A program made the translations under genes and the position numbers. 64,000 bases of DNA. It comes from a virus. Positions 7,624-17,547 of this stretch are shown here, in pieces (within the stretch, counting starts at the first letter, position 1; every line of letters begins with the position of its first letter). Location of the stretch: positions 64,001 through 128,000 of IMG/VR virus record IMGVR_UViG_3300020183_000008, one strand, 5' to 3'. The notes under the pieces were generated by a model. It was not told where the DNA came from. It worked only from the letters and a program-made list of their open reading frames with translations, and did no database searches.

Positions 7624-10299
7624 CTATAGTTTGTAGTGTCTTGCAAGTATGTCAAAACGGATAGCATCAAGTTTTTTTCTAACGAGAGGTACACCATCAG
7701 GCTTGAGGATTACAGCCTCATTGTTTCCACCGGCAGATTCCTCTAAAATCATATTCAATAAAATAAGGTCTCGTTTAGTGATGACACGATTCAAAGTGTA
7801 CGAATAGGGTTTCCAACTCAAAGGAATCTTGGACAACTCGGAGAGCAGTTCCTCGGAATTTAGACTTTGAATCCCTTTTTCCGTGTAAACTTTAGGAGGA
7901 GAAAGTTTTAAATAAGTTTCTATAGCTTGTTTAATTGCATCTTCGCCACTGATACCGCTTTCAGATGCTATTTTAAAAACATCGTAAGCCTTGGAAACAC
8001 TAGCTTGCTCCGTGGTTACAAGCGGTGCAATATCATCAACTGAAACTTCAGAGATGGGGTCATCTTCAACGGGTTCAAATTTTTCAGTTTCGATGATTTT
8101 CGTATCTTCTTTTACCGATTCACTCTTTTGTTCATCTGATTTTGTCAGATTTTCAGGGTCTAACCCAAACTGACGCGCTTTCATTTTGCGCAAACTTGTA
8201 TTTAATTTTGAAAGAAGATGCGGATTTTTTTCAAAAAACTCATAGTCAACATCCCAAGAGTCACCCACCTCACAGTCCATAGACAGCGGAACTTGCCACT
8301 TCAGAGTCGATTGAAGAACTCCGGAAAGGGACATGATGTTCATCAAATTTGGAAGATGCACATCTAGTTTACTTTCAAGAACTTCAAAGACTACTTCATC
8401 GTGTACCGTGAGCAAAAGGCGGACTTCATCGTTCACCTGATCGGCATACTCTTGAGTCTTAATCATGGCGAGTTTCATAATATCACCACCCGATCCTTGA
8501 ATCGGAGTGTTCGTCGCTAATCTCTCTGCTTTAGCGATTTCAATTCTATTGTCTAGATCCTTGAAAAATCTCTCTACAGACCTGCGTCGACCAAAAGGGG
8601 TTTCACAATATTTATTCTTCTTAACTTCCTTTTTTACCTTGTCGATCCACTTTTGCAGGTTTTTTAACCCACCCATCATTTTTTGTTGGTATTCGCGTGC
8701 TTGATCACGCGAACACCCAACGGCACCTGCAATCGCTGAAGGTCCCCCGCCGTACAAGGTCTGGAAATTCAGGGATTTACTGATATCTCTTTGTTCAGGT
8801 TCAACTTTTTTGGTATTAAAAACCAGAGATGCTGTTTCAGTGTGAAGGTCTCCATCACCTTCATTGAATGATTTAATCCACACAGGTTCTTGGGATACGT
8901 TCGCAGCCACGCGCAATTCTTCACCTGAATAGTCTATCGCAACCATTTTATAACCAGATCGAGCTACGAAACATGACCTCAAAAAATAACCAGAACCATA
9001 GATGTCCATGATTTGTTCATCAGTCATCCCTTTAATTTTCTTTTTCTTGGCGGGTTTCGTCATCGCCTGAATATTAACACCAGCGAAACCCACATCAGGA
9101 TCTCCACCAGAACAAGAAAATCTACCTGTTTCTGTACCTAGCTGTCTAAAATCAAATTTCGTACAACTGTCTTTATCAACATTTTTGATCAAGTTATCAA
9201 CGTAGGTTCCAAGTGTTTTAACGATATCCCGTTGTTTTAAAATCAACGGAATTAAAGGACACCTGTCTTTAAACTTTGATAATGTTTTTTCGTCCGTGTG
9301 GATGGTCTCTCTACCATCTTCATCCACACCTTGCAGAGGAAGATGGTAATCTTCGATCAATATTTTTGCTACAGCTTTAGGGGAACTTAAATTTATAGGC
9401 TCACCAACTAAATCATTAGCCTCGGTTTCAACCTTTAAAAGAGCGTTAGCGAGAAAAGACCTTTTTTCCTGTAACAGCTCTGTGTTGACGGAAACTCTAT
9501 TCTTAGCCATCTCACGCACAACACGGATAGTTCTGCGCTCCATCCAATAAATAACCGGCTGTTCTTGCTCGATGTATTTCAATCTCTCAAACACATGCCA
9601 TGTGCACACGGCATCTGAACAGCCATAGTAAAGAGTATCTTTTTTATTGGGATCGAGAAGATAAAACTTGACCTCTGAACCGTGAAATAGGTCACGAATT
9701 TCTATCATCTCCATTCCAAGAAGATTCTTAGAAAGATCTTTTAAGCCGTGACCATGACTCGATGCATCCTTCAACTTCGAAAGAATAAAAGTATCGTGCC
9801 AAGGAATAGTTGGAGCATCAATTTTCTGACCAGTAGGAAAGGCTAAAGGTGATTTAGTTTCACCTATCTGGCGAATATTGAAACCCCAATTTTCAAGAAT
9901 CGCATGGTCGTACCCGCAGTTATGATAAATCGTAACACAGCTATCAAGTATTTCTTGAATTCGGATTTTTACATCATCAAAATTTAAATTCCACGTATCG
10001 GAACGGATGAATTCACCTTCATCTTCCATGCCGTGGTTTACGGGCACATAATAACCTGCAACTCCATCGTAGGACAAACAAAACCCTGCGATGAAAGTCT
10101 GAGGTTTGCCATCGATGACTCGAACATCTAAACCAGATGTTTCCAAGTCGATGACACAACAGCCTGATTTTTTGCTACCCTCAACAATTTCATCAAGTAC
10201 AGAGATATCCTTGACACACAAGAATTTCTTAGTGCGCATCCAAGGATACTTTTCCTCAAGAGGGCGATCCATCGTTTCCGAATCAAATAGTGAGTTCAT
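7624..10299 (-). CDS. polA: Family A DNA polymerase with 3'-5' exonuclease and a C-terminal extension
   Basis: ExoI DLETSG, ExoII HNCGYD, ExoIII YGCSDA; TETGRFS; motif A DYSGEELR, motif B KSLNFQTLYG, motif C VHDEV; no 5'-3' exonuclease domain. Confidence 0.95.
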   Translation of the reverse strand: MNSLFDSETMDRPLEEKYPWMRTKKFLCVKDISVLDEIVEGSKKSGCCVIDLETSGLDVRVIDGKPQTFIAGFCLSYDGVAGYYVPVNHGMEDEGEFIRSDTWNLNFDDVKIRIQEILDSCVTIYHNCGYDHAILENWGFNIRQIGETKSPLAFPTGQKIDAPTIPWHDTFILSKLKDASSHGHGLKDLSKNLLGMEMIEIRDLFHGSEVKFYLLDPNKKDTLYYGCSDAVCTWHVFERLKYIEQEQPVIYWMERRTIRVVREMAKNRVSVNTELLQEKRSFLANALLKVETEANDLVGEPINLSSPKAVAKILIEDYHLPLQGVDEDGRETIHTDEKTLSKFKDRCPLIPLILKQRDIVKTLGTYVDNLIKNVDKDSCTKFDFRQLGTETGRFSCSGGDPDVGFAGVNIQAMTKPAKKKKIKGMTDEQIMDIYGSGYFLRSCFVARSGYKMVAIDYSGEELRVAANVSQEPVWIKSFNEGDGDLHTETASLVFNTKKVEPEQRDISKSLNFQTLYGGGPSAIAGAVGCSRDQAREYQQKMMGGLKNLQKWIDKVKKEVKKNKYCETPFGRRRSVERFFKDLDNRIEIAKAERLATNTPIQGSGGDIMKLAMIKTQEYADQVNDEVRLLLTVHDEVVFEVLESKLDVHLPNLMNIMSLSGVLQSTLKWQVPLSMDCEVGDSWDVDYEFFEKNPHLLSKLNTSLRKMKARQFGLDPENLTKSDEQKSESVKEDTKIIETEKFEPVEDDPISEVSVDDIAPLVTTEQASVSKAYDVFKIASESGISGEDAIKQAIETYLKLSPPKVYTEKGIQSLNSEELLSELSKIPLSWKPYSYTLNRVITKRDLILLNMILEESAGGNNEAVILKPDGVPLVRKKLDAIRFDILARHYKL

Positions 10300-10330
10300 C
10301 CAAACAAGATAAATTCAAAAGTTGGAAAAA

Positions 10331-11014
10331 TCAAAGCGTTTCAAAACAACAAACCAAATCCGATTTTGTTTGATTTATGAGCATCGAGTGTTCAGACAGT
10401 CCTTGGTGAGCTACCCAAGTTGGGTTATCCCCTACGAGGTGCTTAATGTGAAAAGAAACAGCGAATTTCTTTCGAGCCTTAAATATCGGGTTAGGTATCT
10501 TGAAAGAATACCAACCATCAAGAAACTCGGAAAGATGGATATCGTACGTTCTCAGTAACTTACCACCAAAGTCGACATCAAAAATCGTCAAGGTAGCTAA
10601 ACCAGCACCACCTTTTTTCACGCGCATTCGCCATTCTGAAAAGGTATCTTGCTCATGCTTGAAAAGTATTGTAAACTTATGATTTTCTTGCATTTTAACA
10701 TCGGAAAAACCAACTGACTGGAAAGCTCCGAGAGATGATGACCTATGCAAAGAGTGCAGTATTTCAGCCGCTCTACCGTGACTATCATCCACCCATTCAA
10801 ATAACTTTGAATATTTTGCAGACAAAATAGTTATCTTATCAACCGTAGTTTTCGCGAATAAATTTTTTTGACCTACAAGCAGAACCTTGTCGTATCGATA
10901 GGCATCAATAGCAGAAGGATTTATGAATTTCTCGACTTGTATTCGAGAAGAGAGTTGCTTCTCAATCTCGCTCTCTTGGTCATACGGATAAATGACTGCA
11001 ACGAGTTTATTCAT
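10331..11014 (-). CDS. Hypothetical protein in the glycosylation cluster
   Basis: 227 aa, overlaps the upstream gene; beta-rich C-terminal half. Confidence 0.55.
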   Translation of the reverse strand: MNKLVAVIYPYDQESEIEKQLSSRIQVEKFINPSAIDAYRYDKVLLVGQKNLFAKTTVDKITILSAKYSKLFEWVDDSHGRAAEILHSLHRSSSLGAFQSVGFSDVKMQENHKFTILFKHEQDTFSEWRMRVKKGGAGLATLTIFDVDFGGKLLRTYDIHLSEFLDGWYSFKIPNPIFKARKKFAVSFHIKHLVGDNPTWVAHQGLSEHSMLINQTKSDLVCCFETL

Positions 11015-11699
11015 AAAGGGCTTTCAACCAAATATGTAAATTATTGTAATGAAGACGCTGAGATAAACAACGCAGCCTAGATCTTTCTAAGTCCCCAGAG
11101 ATGTCCATACCCATCCTCAAGATGTCTAAGCGGGTCAAAGCATCTGAAATCGTGGAAAAGGGTAACATCCAAGGACTGAGGCAATGTAAAGATCTAAGGA
11201 TTTCAGCGACACCATCGAAATCATGTACGAGAAAAGGCTGTTTTCTGATGATTGCATTTAAGAGTTGTTTTTTGCCAACATAGCCCGACTCCAGAATAAT
11301 ATGAATGCCTTGAGAGGGTGCTCGAATTTGCTCGACCGGAATCGATGGGTGAATAGCTTGTCTAACTTCGAGATAGGTCTCATCAAATACAGATAACATA
11401 CCTATTTCATTGAATAAACTTTCCCACCTTCGAATCAATCGAGATGGGGCTTCACAGATTGCGCGATCTAATCTGTAATTCTCTTCAGCCTTTTGATAGT
11501 CAACCGTGATTGGGTAGCTAAAACCAACTAATTTCTCTTTCTCAGGTTCAAATTCTATGTGTTTAACCCCTTTGATTTCAAAACCAACGGTCGCATCGTA
11601 GGGGACGAAAGGCTGTCTAAACTCAGCATCAACATCATGTAAACTGTTGAGAAAAGACAAAAAACTCTTATTGAAATGTGGAGCAACCCCGAGTTTCAT
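11007..11699 (-). CDS. Hypothetical protein, possibly a degenerate glycosyltransferase
   Basis: Start chosen at 11699 (GGAGG RBS, ATGA overlap); only weak GT-B-like features. Confidence 0.45.
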   Translation of the reverse strand: MKLGVAPHFNKSFLSFLNSLHDVDAEFRQPFVPYDATVGFEIKGVKHIEFEPEKEKLVGFSYPITVDYQKAEENYRLDRAICEAPSRLIRRWESLFNEIGMLSVFDETYLEVRQAIHPSIPVEQIRAPSQGIHIILESGYVGKKQLLNAIIRKQPFLVHDFDGVAEILRSLHCLSPWMLPFSTISDALTRLDILRMGMDISGDLERSRLRCLSQRLHYNNLHIWLKALYE

Positions 11700-12700
11700 A
11701 GAATCGACCTCCATTTTTTTACAAAAGTTGAGAAAGGTCTTTTTTCCTCTACAGATCTTCTAGCTCTTTTCCCTAATCTTATTGAAACTTCTGGGTTTTT
11801 TATAAGAAACAAGAGATAATTTCGCACTTCCAAAAGATTCAGGGCACTGTAACCGGTGATTCCGTGAAGAATAAGGTCGCTATTCCAGATTCCATTCCCA
11901 ACAACAGGCACACCGCAACTCATCGATGTCAGAGTTGACAGTGATGTAGGGTAACCATCCTGCAAATCTAAACAAGCGTTGTATTGAGAAATGGTATCTA
12001 GTCCAGAATACCAAAAATGGTAGGCTGTCTTGTTTTCATCAGCTTGAATGTTCGGAAGAACACTTCGAAACTGATTTAATGAATCTTGCCCGTAGAGGTC
12101 TACAGGTAGATCCAAAGAAACTAAAGCGGAATAATGATAGCCACTCCCATGTGGATCAGATGGAGGTGCAGGGTGAATAATCAGAGATCTGTTTATTTTA
12201 TTTACGCTGAAAGGGAAATTTACTAATTCAAAAGAAGGCTCAATGACTACAGAATTTTCAAATCCCCACGCCTTTTGGCATGAGACCGATGGGACAACCA
12301 CTAAGCGATCACCGATGATCGTTTTTATGTTGGTAAATAGTTCATCGTCGAGCGGTAAGTCTTTTTGAAAAAAACTTTGCACGTTGAATCGGTCTTTCCG
12401 AGGGGGAGCACCGTGACAAACAAAAATGATTTTTTTAAATTTAGACTTAGCCAAATTTAAAAACTCAGCAGACATTTTGTCTTTAGCTTCACGGCTCAAA
12501 TGACCTAAGCCTAAACAATTATCATCAAAATGAAGAATGAGCGTTTCTTTACTCAATTCGCAGTCTTCGAAGTCTACGCTTCCTGCAAAATTATTAGGTC
12601 GCGCTTGATAGTCCCAATCTATCGATTTACAGAGAATCCAAAATTTGTCGATTTTATTTAATTCATATTGATATATCGGGTCGAATAGGTTTGTAAGCAT
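11696..12700 (-). CDS. GT-B (GT4-like) glycosyltransferase
   Basis: C-terminal LTSMSCGVPVVG...LILHGITGY...LGKRARRSVEE pattern of Glycos_transf_1-type domains. Confidence 0.75.
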   Translation of the reverse strand: MLTNLFDPIYQYELNKIDKFWILCKSIDWDYQARPNNFAGSVDFEDCELSKETLILHFDDNCLGLGHLSREAKDKMSAEFLNLAKSKFKKIIFVCHGAPPRKDRFNVQSFFQKDLPLDDELFTNIKTIIGDRLVVVPSVSCQKAWGFENSVVIEPSFELVNFPFSVNKINRSLIIHPAPPSDPHGSGYHYSALVSLDLPVDLYGQDSLNQFRSVLPNIQADENKTAYHFWYSGLDTISQYNACLDLQDGYPTSLSTLTSMSCGVPVVGNGIWNSDLILHGITGYSALNLLEVRNYLLFLIKNPEVSIRLGKRARRSVEEKRPFSTFVKKWRSIL

Positions 12701-12703
12701 GAT

Positions 12704-13531
12704 TTATTTTAGATATTCGTGCAGATGATCTTGCCAAGGATACAATCTCACACCATTTTGGATACTTTTATCGACATTCAGGACGCTGTTCTTAGGTCTC
12801 TTCGCAGGACGCACGAAGTCTTCTGATGAACAAGGCACCACTTTAACAGGATGATTTTTTAAAATATCTTTAGCAAAGTCGTACCAAGAGCAAAAATTAC
12901 TTGAAGCCACGTGCCATTTCCCTTCGGCACCTTGATCTAATAACCAAGAGACAGCTCGCGATACCATTTTCGTACTCGTAGGTCTTCCAAATTGGTCACT
13001 GACGACCTTAATCTCTTTATTATTCGCAGCAATATTTAACATCGTTTTAACAAAATTCGGACCATTGCGACCAAAAAGCCACTGTACTCGAATCAACAAA
13101 GATTTAGCTGAACAAGATTCAATAGCTGTTTCACCGAAAAGTTTACTTTTCCCGTAATTGTTAATCGGATTTCTTTCATCATCTTCTCGATAGAGTGATG
13201 TGGTATTTCCATCAAAAACATAATCTGTGGAAAAATGAACGATCTTTGAATTAACTTTTTCGCAGGCTGATGCGAGATGATAAACACCTAAACCATTAAC
13301 ATCATAACAAAGCGAGTTAATTTCACACTCATCAACTTTTGTAAAAGCGGCGCAATTCAAAACAATTTCAGGGCGAATGTTGAAAAGAGCGGATTCGACT
13401 TCTTTTTTATTTGTAATATCTAATTGTTTTTTTGAAAGGCTATAAGTTTGATATTTACCATTCAAAACAGGCAGCAAATCGAAAGCCAACATTCCATCTG
13501 CACCTGTGAGTAGTAGTTTAGGCTTACTCAT
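12704..13531 (-). CDS. rmlD: dTDP-4-dehydrorhamnose reductase
   Basis: TGADGMLA, NCAAFTKVDECE, STDYVFDG, YGKSK, DQFGRPT, AKRPKNSVL. Confidence 0.92.
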   Translation of the reverse strand: MSKPKLLLTGADGMLAFDLLPVLNGKYQTYSLSKKQLDITNKKEVESALFNIRPEIVLNCAAFTKVDECEINSLCYDVNGLGVYHLASACEKVNSKIVHFSTDYVFDGNTTSLYREDDERNPINNYGKSKLFGETAIESCSAKSLLIRVQWLFGRNGPNFVKTMLNIAANNKEIKVVSDQFGRPTSTKMVSRAVSWLLDQGAEGKWHVASSNFCSWYDFAKDILKNHPVKVVPCSSEDFVRPAKRPKNSVLNVDKSIQNGVRLYPWQDHLHEYLK

Positions 13532-14495
13532 TTCTGCCCCAAAAATTTTCGTAGGTTTTTTCTAACCAATTTCGATTATCTTTGTACCAATTCAAGGTTT
13601 TTGATAACGCTTCATCAAGATCTGTACGCGGTGCCCAACCCAATTTTTTTAATTTTGTGCAATCGACTGAATATCGAAAATCATGTCCTTTTCGGTCTTC
13701 GATAAAATTAAGATGCAAATACAAACCAGATAATCTCTGAACAGCGTGCAAAATATCTAAGTTGGATCTCTCGTTATCTGAGCCGATGTTATAGGTTTCG
13801 CCTATTTCACCTTTTTCAGACAATAAAATAATTGCATCAGCTAAATCTTCAACAAAAAGCCATTCGCGAACATTCAACCCATTTCCATAAACAGGGACAG
13901 GTTTGCTGTTCATCATCAAATAAAGTGCTCGGGGTAAAAGTTTTTCAGGGAGCTGCCTCGGACCAAAACAATTCGAAGGGCACACGTTAATTACAGGTAG
14001 CTTGTGCGTTTCCCTAAAAGCATTAGCGAACAATAATTGAGATGCTTTACTCGCTGAATACAAATTCCTAGGTGCGATCGGAGTAGTTTCTGTGAAACAC
14101 CCATCATGAGTTGGGAGATGCCCAAAAATCTCATCGGTAGCAAAGTTGATGACCTTAGGTACTTCGGTCTCCCTACAAGCCTCAAATAGATAAGATGAAC
14201 CTAAAACATTTGTTGTAATAAAATCTTCAAAATTAGATATGGATTTATCCACTGAAGACTCAGCCGCAATGTGTACGACTAATTCATAAGGACCGAAGTT
14301 TGAAAAAACGTGTTCAATGTTGTCTTTTCTTCTAAGGTCAGCCTTAAAAAATTTTACATCTAACCCAGAAATATGCTCTTTGAACCCGCTGTAAGATAGA
14401 GTATCAAAAACATGAACTTCATACCCTTGATCCAAAAATCTTCGCACCACGGTGGAACCAATAAATCCGCAACCACCTGTAATCAAAACTTTCAT
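13524..14495 (-). CDS. rmlB: dTDP-glucose 4,6-dehydratase
   Basis: TGGCGFIG, AAESSVDKSI, TDE, YSASK, PEKLLP, DRKGHDFRY. Confidence 0.93.
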   Translation of the reverse strand: MKVLITGGCGFIGSTVVRRFLDQGYEVHVFDTLSYSGFKEHISGLDVKFFKADLRRKDNIEHVFSNFGPYELVVHIAAESSVDKSISNFEDFITTNVLGSSYLFEACRETEVPKVINFATDEIFGHLPTHDGCFTETTPIAPRNLYSASKASQLLFANAFRETHKLPVINVCPSNCFGPRQLPEKLLPRALYLMMNSKPVPVYGNGLNVREWLFVEDLADAIILLSEKGEIGETYNIGSDNERSNLDILHAVQRLSGLYLHLNFIEDRKGHDFRYSVDCTKLKKLGWAPRTDLDEALSKTLNWYKDNRNWLEKTYENFWGRNE

Positions 14496-14849
14496 TCAAT
14501 CACCATCCCACACACCATCAGGTCTAATTTGAGCTAAAGCTAGCAAACCGTAAAGGGACTGTTTTGCATTACCTTCTGTCGGTTTCCAATAATCGACATC
14601 AGTATCATCTTTTAGTTGGGCTATAGCTTTTTTTATAACAGGCAAGCTCTCTGCCCCAGTCATCCCATAAATTGCTCTTATCCCTTTTTCTCCAAAAATT
14701 TTGTAAAAAAATGGCGCATAATTATAAGTGATGTTGAGATGAAGCCTGTCATTATTGATAGCATAGGCGCCACCTCTAATTTGATGAGGACTCTCTGAAT
14801 GTAAAACTTCTTTTGTCACAGGGTCTATGAGAGACAAGTCATAGCTCAT
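14496..14849 (-). CDS. Hypothetical phage protein
   Basis: 117 aa (NITYNY...DYWKPTEGNAK...PDGVWDGD); tightly packed between rmlA and rmlB. Confidence 0.65.
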   Translation of the reverse strand: MSYDLSLIDPVTKEVLHSESPHQIRGGAYAINNDRLHLNITYNYAPFFYKIFGEKGIRAIYGMTGAESLPVIKKAIAQLKDDTDVDYWKPTEGNAKQSLYGLLALAQIRPDGVWDGD

Positions 14850-14852
14850 AAA

Positions 14853-15722
14853 TTACCTTTGCCATTTTCTGAGAGTTTTTGAGTAGTAGCTCATTTCATG
14901 TAGAACCTGATCTTTGTTATTTCCGCTTTCTACACAATTTTGCCACTTCTCTATTGAACTAAGAGGAATTGAAAGACCATTATCGATAGAAAACAACTTC
15001 AATCGAGGTGGAGGGTTGTTTTTGATAAAATTAGCCGCTTCTAACAACGATTCTGGAGAACCCATGTCCGTCCAATACCCATGAACAGTTGTAGATTCGA
15101 GGCGACCTTGCTCAAGATAGGCTTGAATAATATCTGTTACTTCTAGCTCACCTCGACCTGAAGGCTTGATCTTCTCAATAATATCAAAAACATCAGAGTC
15201 AAAAATATAAGCACCGACGACTGCGAGATTTGACTCAGGTTGTTTTGGTTTTTCGATGACTTTTAAAACTTTTCCAGATTCGTCCACAGTCGCAACTCCG
15301 AACGCTTTTGGGTCATCCACAGGTTTTAAAAGAATCTTTCCACCACCTCGATAGGTAGAGACGAACTCTGCTAAAGAATCTTCAAAAAAGTTGTCGGCAA
15401 GAATAACGCAAACAGGACTATTACCAACGAAAGGTCGGGCACAGCGTAAAGCATCTGCGATACCACCCTCACGATGTTGATACCCGAAATTGACGCTGTT
15501 CAATCCAAATTCTTTACCATTACCAATATACTCAATGACTTTCCCTGAATTTCTTGATCCTACAACGGCAACGACATCTTTGATCCCAGCTTCAACTAAA
15601 TTAGATAGAGGATATTCAATCATGGCGCGATCAAAAACATAAATCATGTGTTTGTTTACAACACGGTGAGTGTAATACGACATTCGTGTACCTAATCCAC
15701 CTGCGAGAATAACACCTTTCAT
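14853..15722 (-). CDS. rmlA: Glucose-1-phosphate thymidylyltransferase
   Basis: MKGVILAGGLGTRM, LADN, EKPKQPESNLAV, SGRGELEVTD, WTDMG; start at 15722 (AGGGGG RBS, ATGA overlap). Confidence 0.92.
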   Translation of the reverse strand: MKGVILAGGLGTRMSYYTHRVVNKHMIYVFDRAMIEYPLSNLVEAGIKDVVAVVGSRNSGKVIEYIGNGKEFGLNSVNFGYQHREGGIADALRCARPFVGNSPVCVILADNFFEDSLAEFVSTYRGGGKILLKPVDDPKAFGVATVDESGKVLKVIEKPKQPESNLAVVGAYIFDSDVFDIIEKIKPSGRGELEVTDIIQAYLEQGRLESTTVHGYWTDMGSPESLLEAANFIKNNPPPRLKLFSIDNGLSIPLSSIEKWQNCVESGNNKDQVLHEMSYYSKTLRKWQR

Positions 15723-16861
15723 TTTTGACCCCCTAAAATTTCGGTATAAGTCTGTTCCCAAAGTTTGTAGTTTTTACTGATATCGTAATCAGCTTCAGCG
15801 GTTCTTCTACCGTTTTCAGAGATCATATTGTGAAGCAAAGGATCTCGAATTAAATCTTGGATATATTGATACCATTCAACGGCGATACCTCTCGAATCTT
15901 TTTCATCTGAAGCCAAAAATCCGTTCACACCATGAGTGATGGTTTTTGTATAGTTCTCAATATTGGATGCTACACAGGCAGCACCAAAGGAAAAAGACTC
16001 GATTACCTTCAAATTACTTTTTGCATAATTGAACGGCAAATTGACGATAGGGCAGACAGAAATCGTCGGTCCTAAACGGATAAGATATTGCAGACAGGCA
16101 TGAAAATAATGAACAGGTATAGGATCCAAAACATAAAGCTGATTTGGATAAGGCTTCATCATTTTGAGAAAGTCAGCGGTACAACAACCGACCTTAACGA
16201 AAGCCACATCAGGGTTTTTTTCAGCTAACTCGGCTAAAGTTTGATCGATAATCGCAAGGTCTTTACTATGCGTGGGAGACCCCCACCAAATCACTTTCGT
16301 TTTCCCTTTTAGTCGAGCGAACATGGATTCTTGTGAAAGCACCTGTTGATGAACAGAGCGTGAAATAGAATTAGGATCCTTGAAAACTAAGTATTGTAAC
16401 CAGCGATTATCAGGTTGCCTCATAGCTTCAAGAGCTTTTAAGTCCATCGAATTCGGCAAAACATAAATGTTCTTATTGATACCTAAATGAACTTTTCTCA
16501 AATAATCAGTAGAAACTGTACAAGCATCAACTAGACCAATAAAGTTTAAAATCTTTTGTTTTTTATCTTTATAAAAATCATGTGCTGCGTTCCATTCAGG
16601 GATTTCAGTCATAAGGTCATCGCACTCGAAAAAAACAGGCTTACCTAGAGATTGAGCGAGCTGAACATAAGGAACAACGGCATCTTGATATTGCTTCTGT
16701 ACAATAACCACATCAGCCCATCGGATTTCATCTTCATCGTAACGATGAGAAACCCTGACGAGGTGACCTGCTTTTGCTAGGTACTTAAATGGTAACTGGA
16801 TACGAAAAAGACCGCACCCATCGAATCCTGAAATATAAGCAAGAATTTTCATAATCACCAC
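15719..16861 (-). CDS. Glycosyltransferase (GT-B, phage type)
   Basis: GCGLFRIQLP, ECDDL, VSTDYL, LPNS, WWGSPTH, KSNLKVIE, HGVNGFL. Confidence 0.85.
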   Translation of the reverse strand: MVIMKILAYISGFDGCGLFRIQLPFKYLAKAGHLVRVSHRYDEDEIRWADVVIVQKQYQDAVVPYVQLAQSLGKPVFFECDDLMTEIPEWNAAHDFYKDKKQKILNFIGLVDACTVSTDYLRKVHLGINKNIYVLPNSMDLKALEAMRQPDNRWLQYLVFKDPNSISRSVHQQVLSQESMFARLKGKTKVIWWGSPTHSKDLAIIDQTLAELAEKNPDVAFVKVGCCTADFLKMMKPYPNQLYVLDPIPVHYFHACLQYLIRLGPTISVCPIVNLPFNYAKSNLKVIESFSFGAACVASNIENYTKTITHGVNGFLASDEKDSRGIAVEWYQYIQDLIRDPLLHNMISENGRRTAEADYDISKNYKLWEQTYTEILGGQK

Positions 16862-16887
16862 TATAACATGAGTTTTTCTGGATTCAA

Positions 16888-17547
16888 TCAGAACAGGACG
16901 CTTAACTTGTTGCCTCTTATATTTTCAACATAACCGCATCGGGAAATCAAAGTATAACGGGTCTTTTCGACCACCAAAGGACTTACTGAATGACAAAACG
17001 TAGGAACCACATTACAGATTGATACAAGCACTCCGTGTTCAGCTACAATCTCTTGCACTCTATCAATACTATCTTTGATTCCCCACCACGTTTTGTCTAG
17101 TTTCCACGAGCCACACAAAAGATTACCACCGTACTCAGAAATCCACTTTTCCGAAGTCAAAAATAAACAATTCGTGACGTGAAGACCCTCATGTACATCA
17201 TTGTGAAAGGGAAGGTGTACACCTTGTTTATGCTGGTGAAGTAGCGTGGTACGCTGCGAAAAGTCACCGTATAACAAACGCCAATAATCAAAATAAGGCT
17301 GTGAAAGTATTGAATCCCATATAGAAGTAATCTCAGATGGGGGTTTGTTATCCGATGTTTTTTTGCTGAAAGCACTGTCCCAGTCAGGTATTTGAGGATT
17401 AGACTTCTTAGTCTTCGACTCTTCTCTGAAATTTTGGCTTTCTGCAATTTTTAGAAATTCATCTGCAAAAGACTTTTTTAAACGGGTTGCAGTCCAACCT
17501 TTTGAAAAGAAATGGTCTGCATCAAATAATTCGTCTTGCAACATCAC
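16888..17547 (-). CDS. 2OG-Fe(II) oxygenase (prolyl-hydroxylase-like)
   Basis: HxD (FHND), W-x4-GG-x-L, distal His (HSVSP) and 2OG-binding Arg (RYT). Confidence 0.82.
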   Translation of the reverse strand: MMLQDELFDADHFFSKGWTATRLKKSFADEFLKIAESQNFREESKTKKSNPQIPDWDSAFSKKTSDNKPPSEITSIWDSILSQPYFDYWRLLYGDFSQRTTLLHQHKQGVHLPFHNDVHEGLHVTNCLFLTSEKWISEYGGNLLCGSWKLDKTWWGIKDSIDRVQEIVAEHGVLVSICNVVPTFCHSVSPLVVEKTRYTLISRCGYVENIRGNKLSVLF

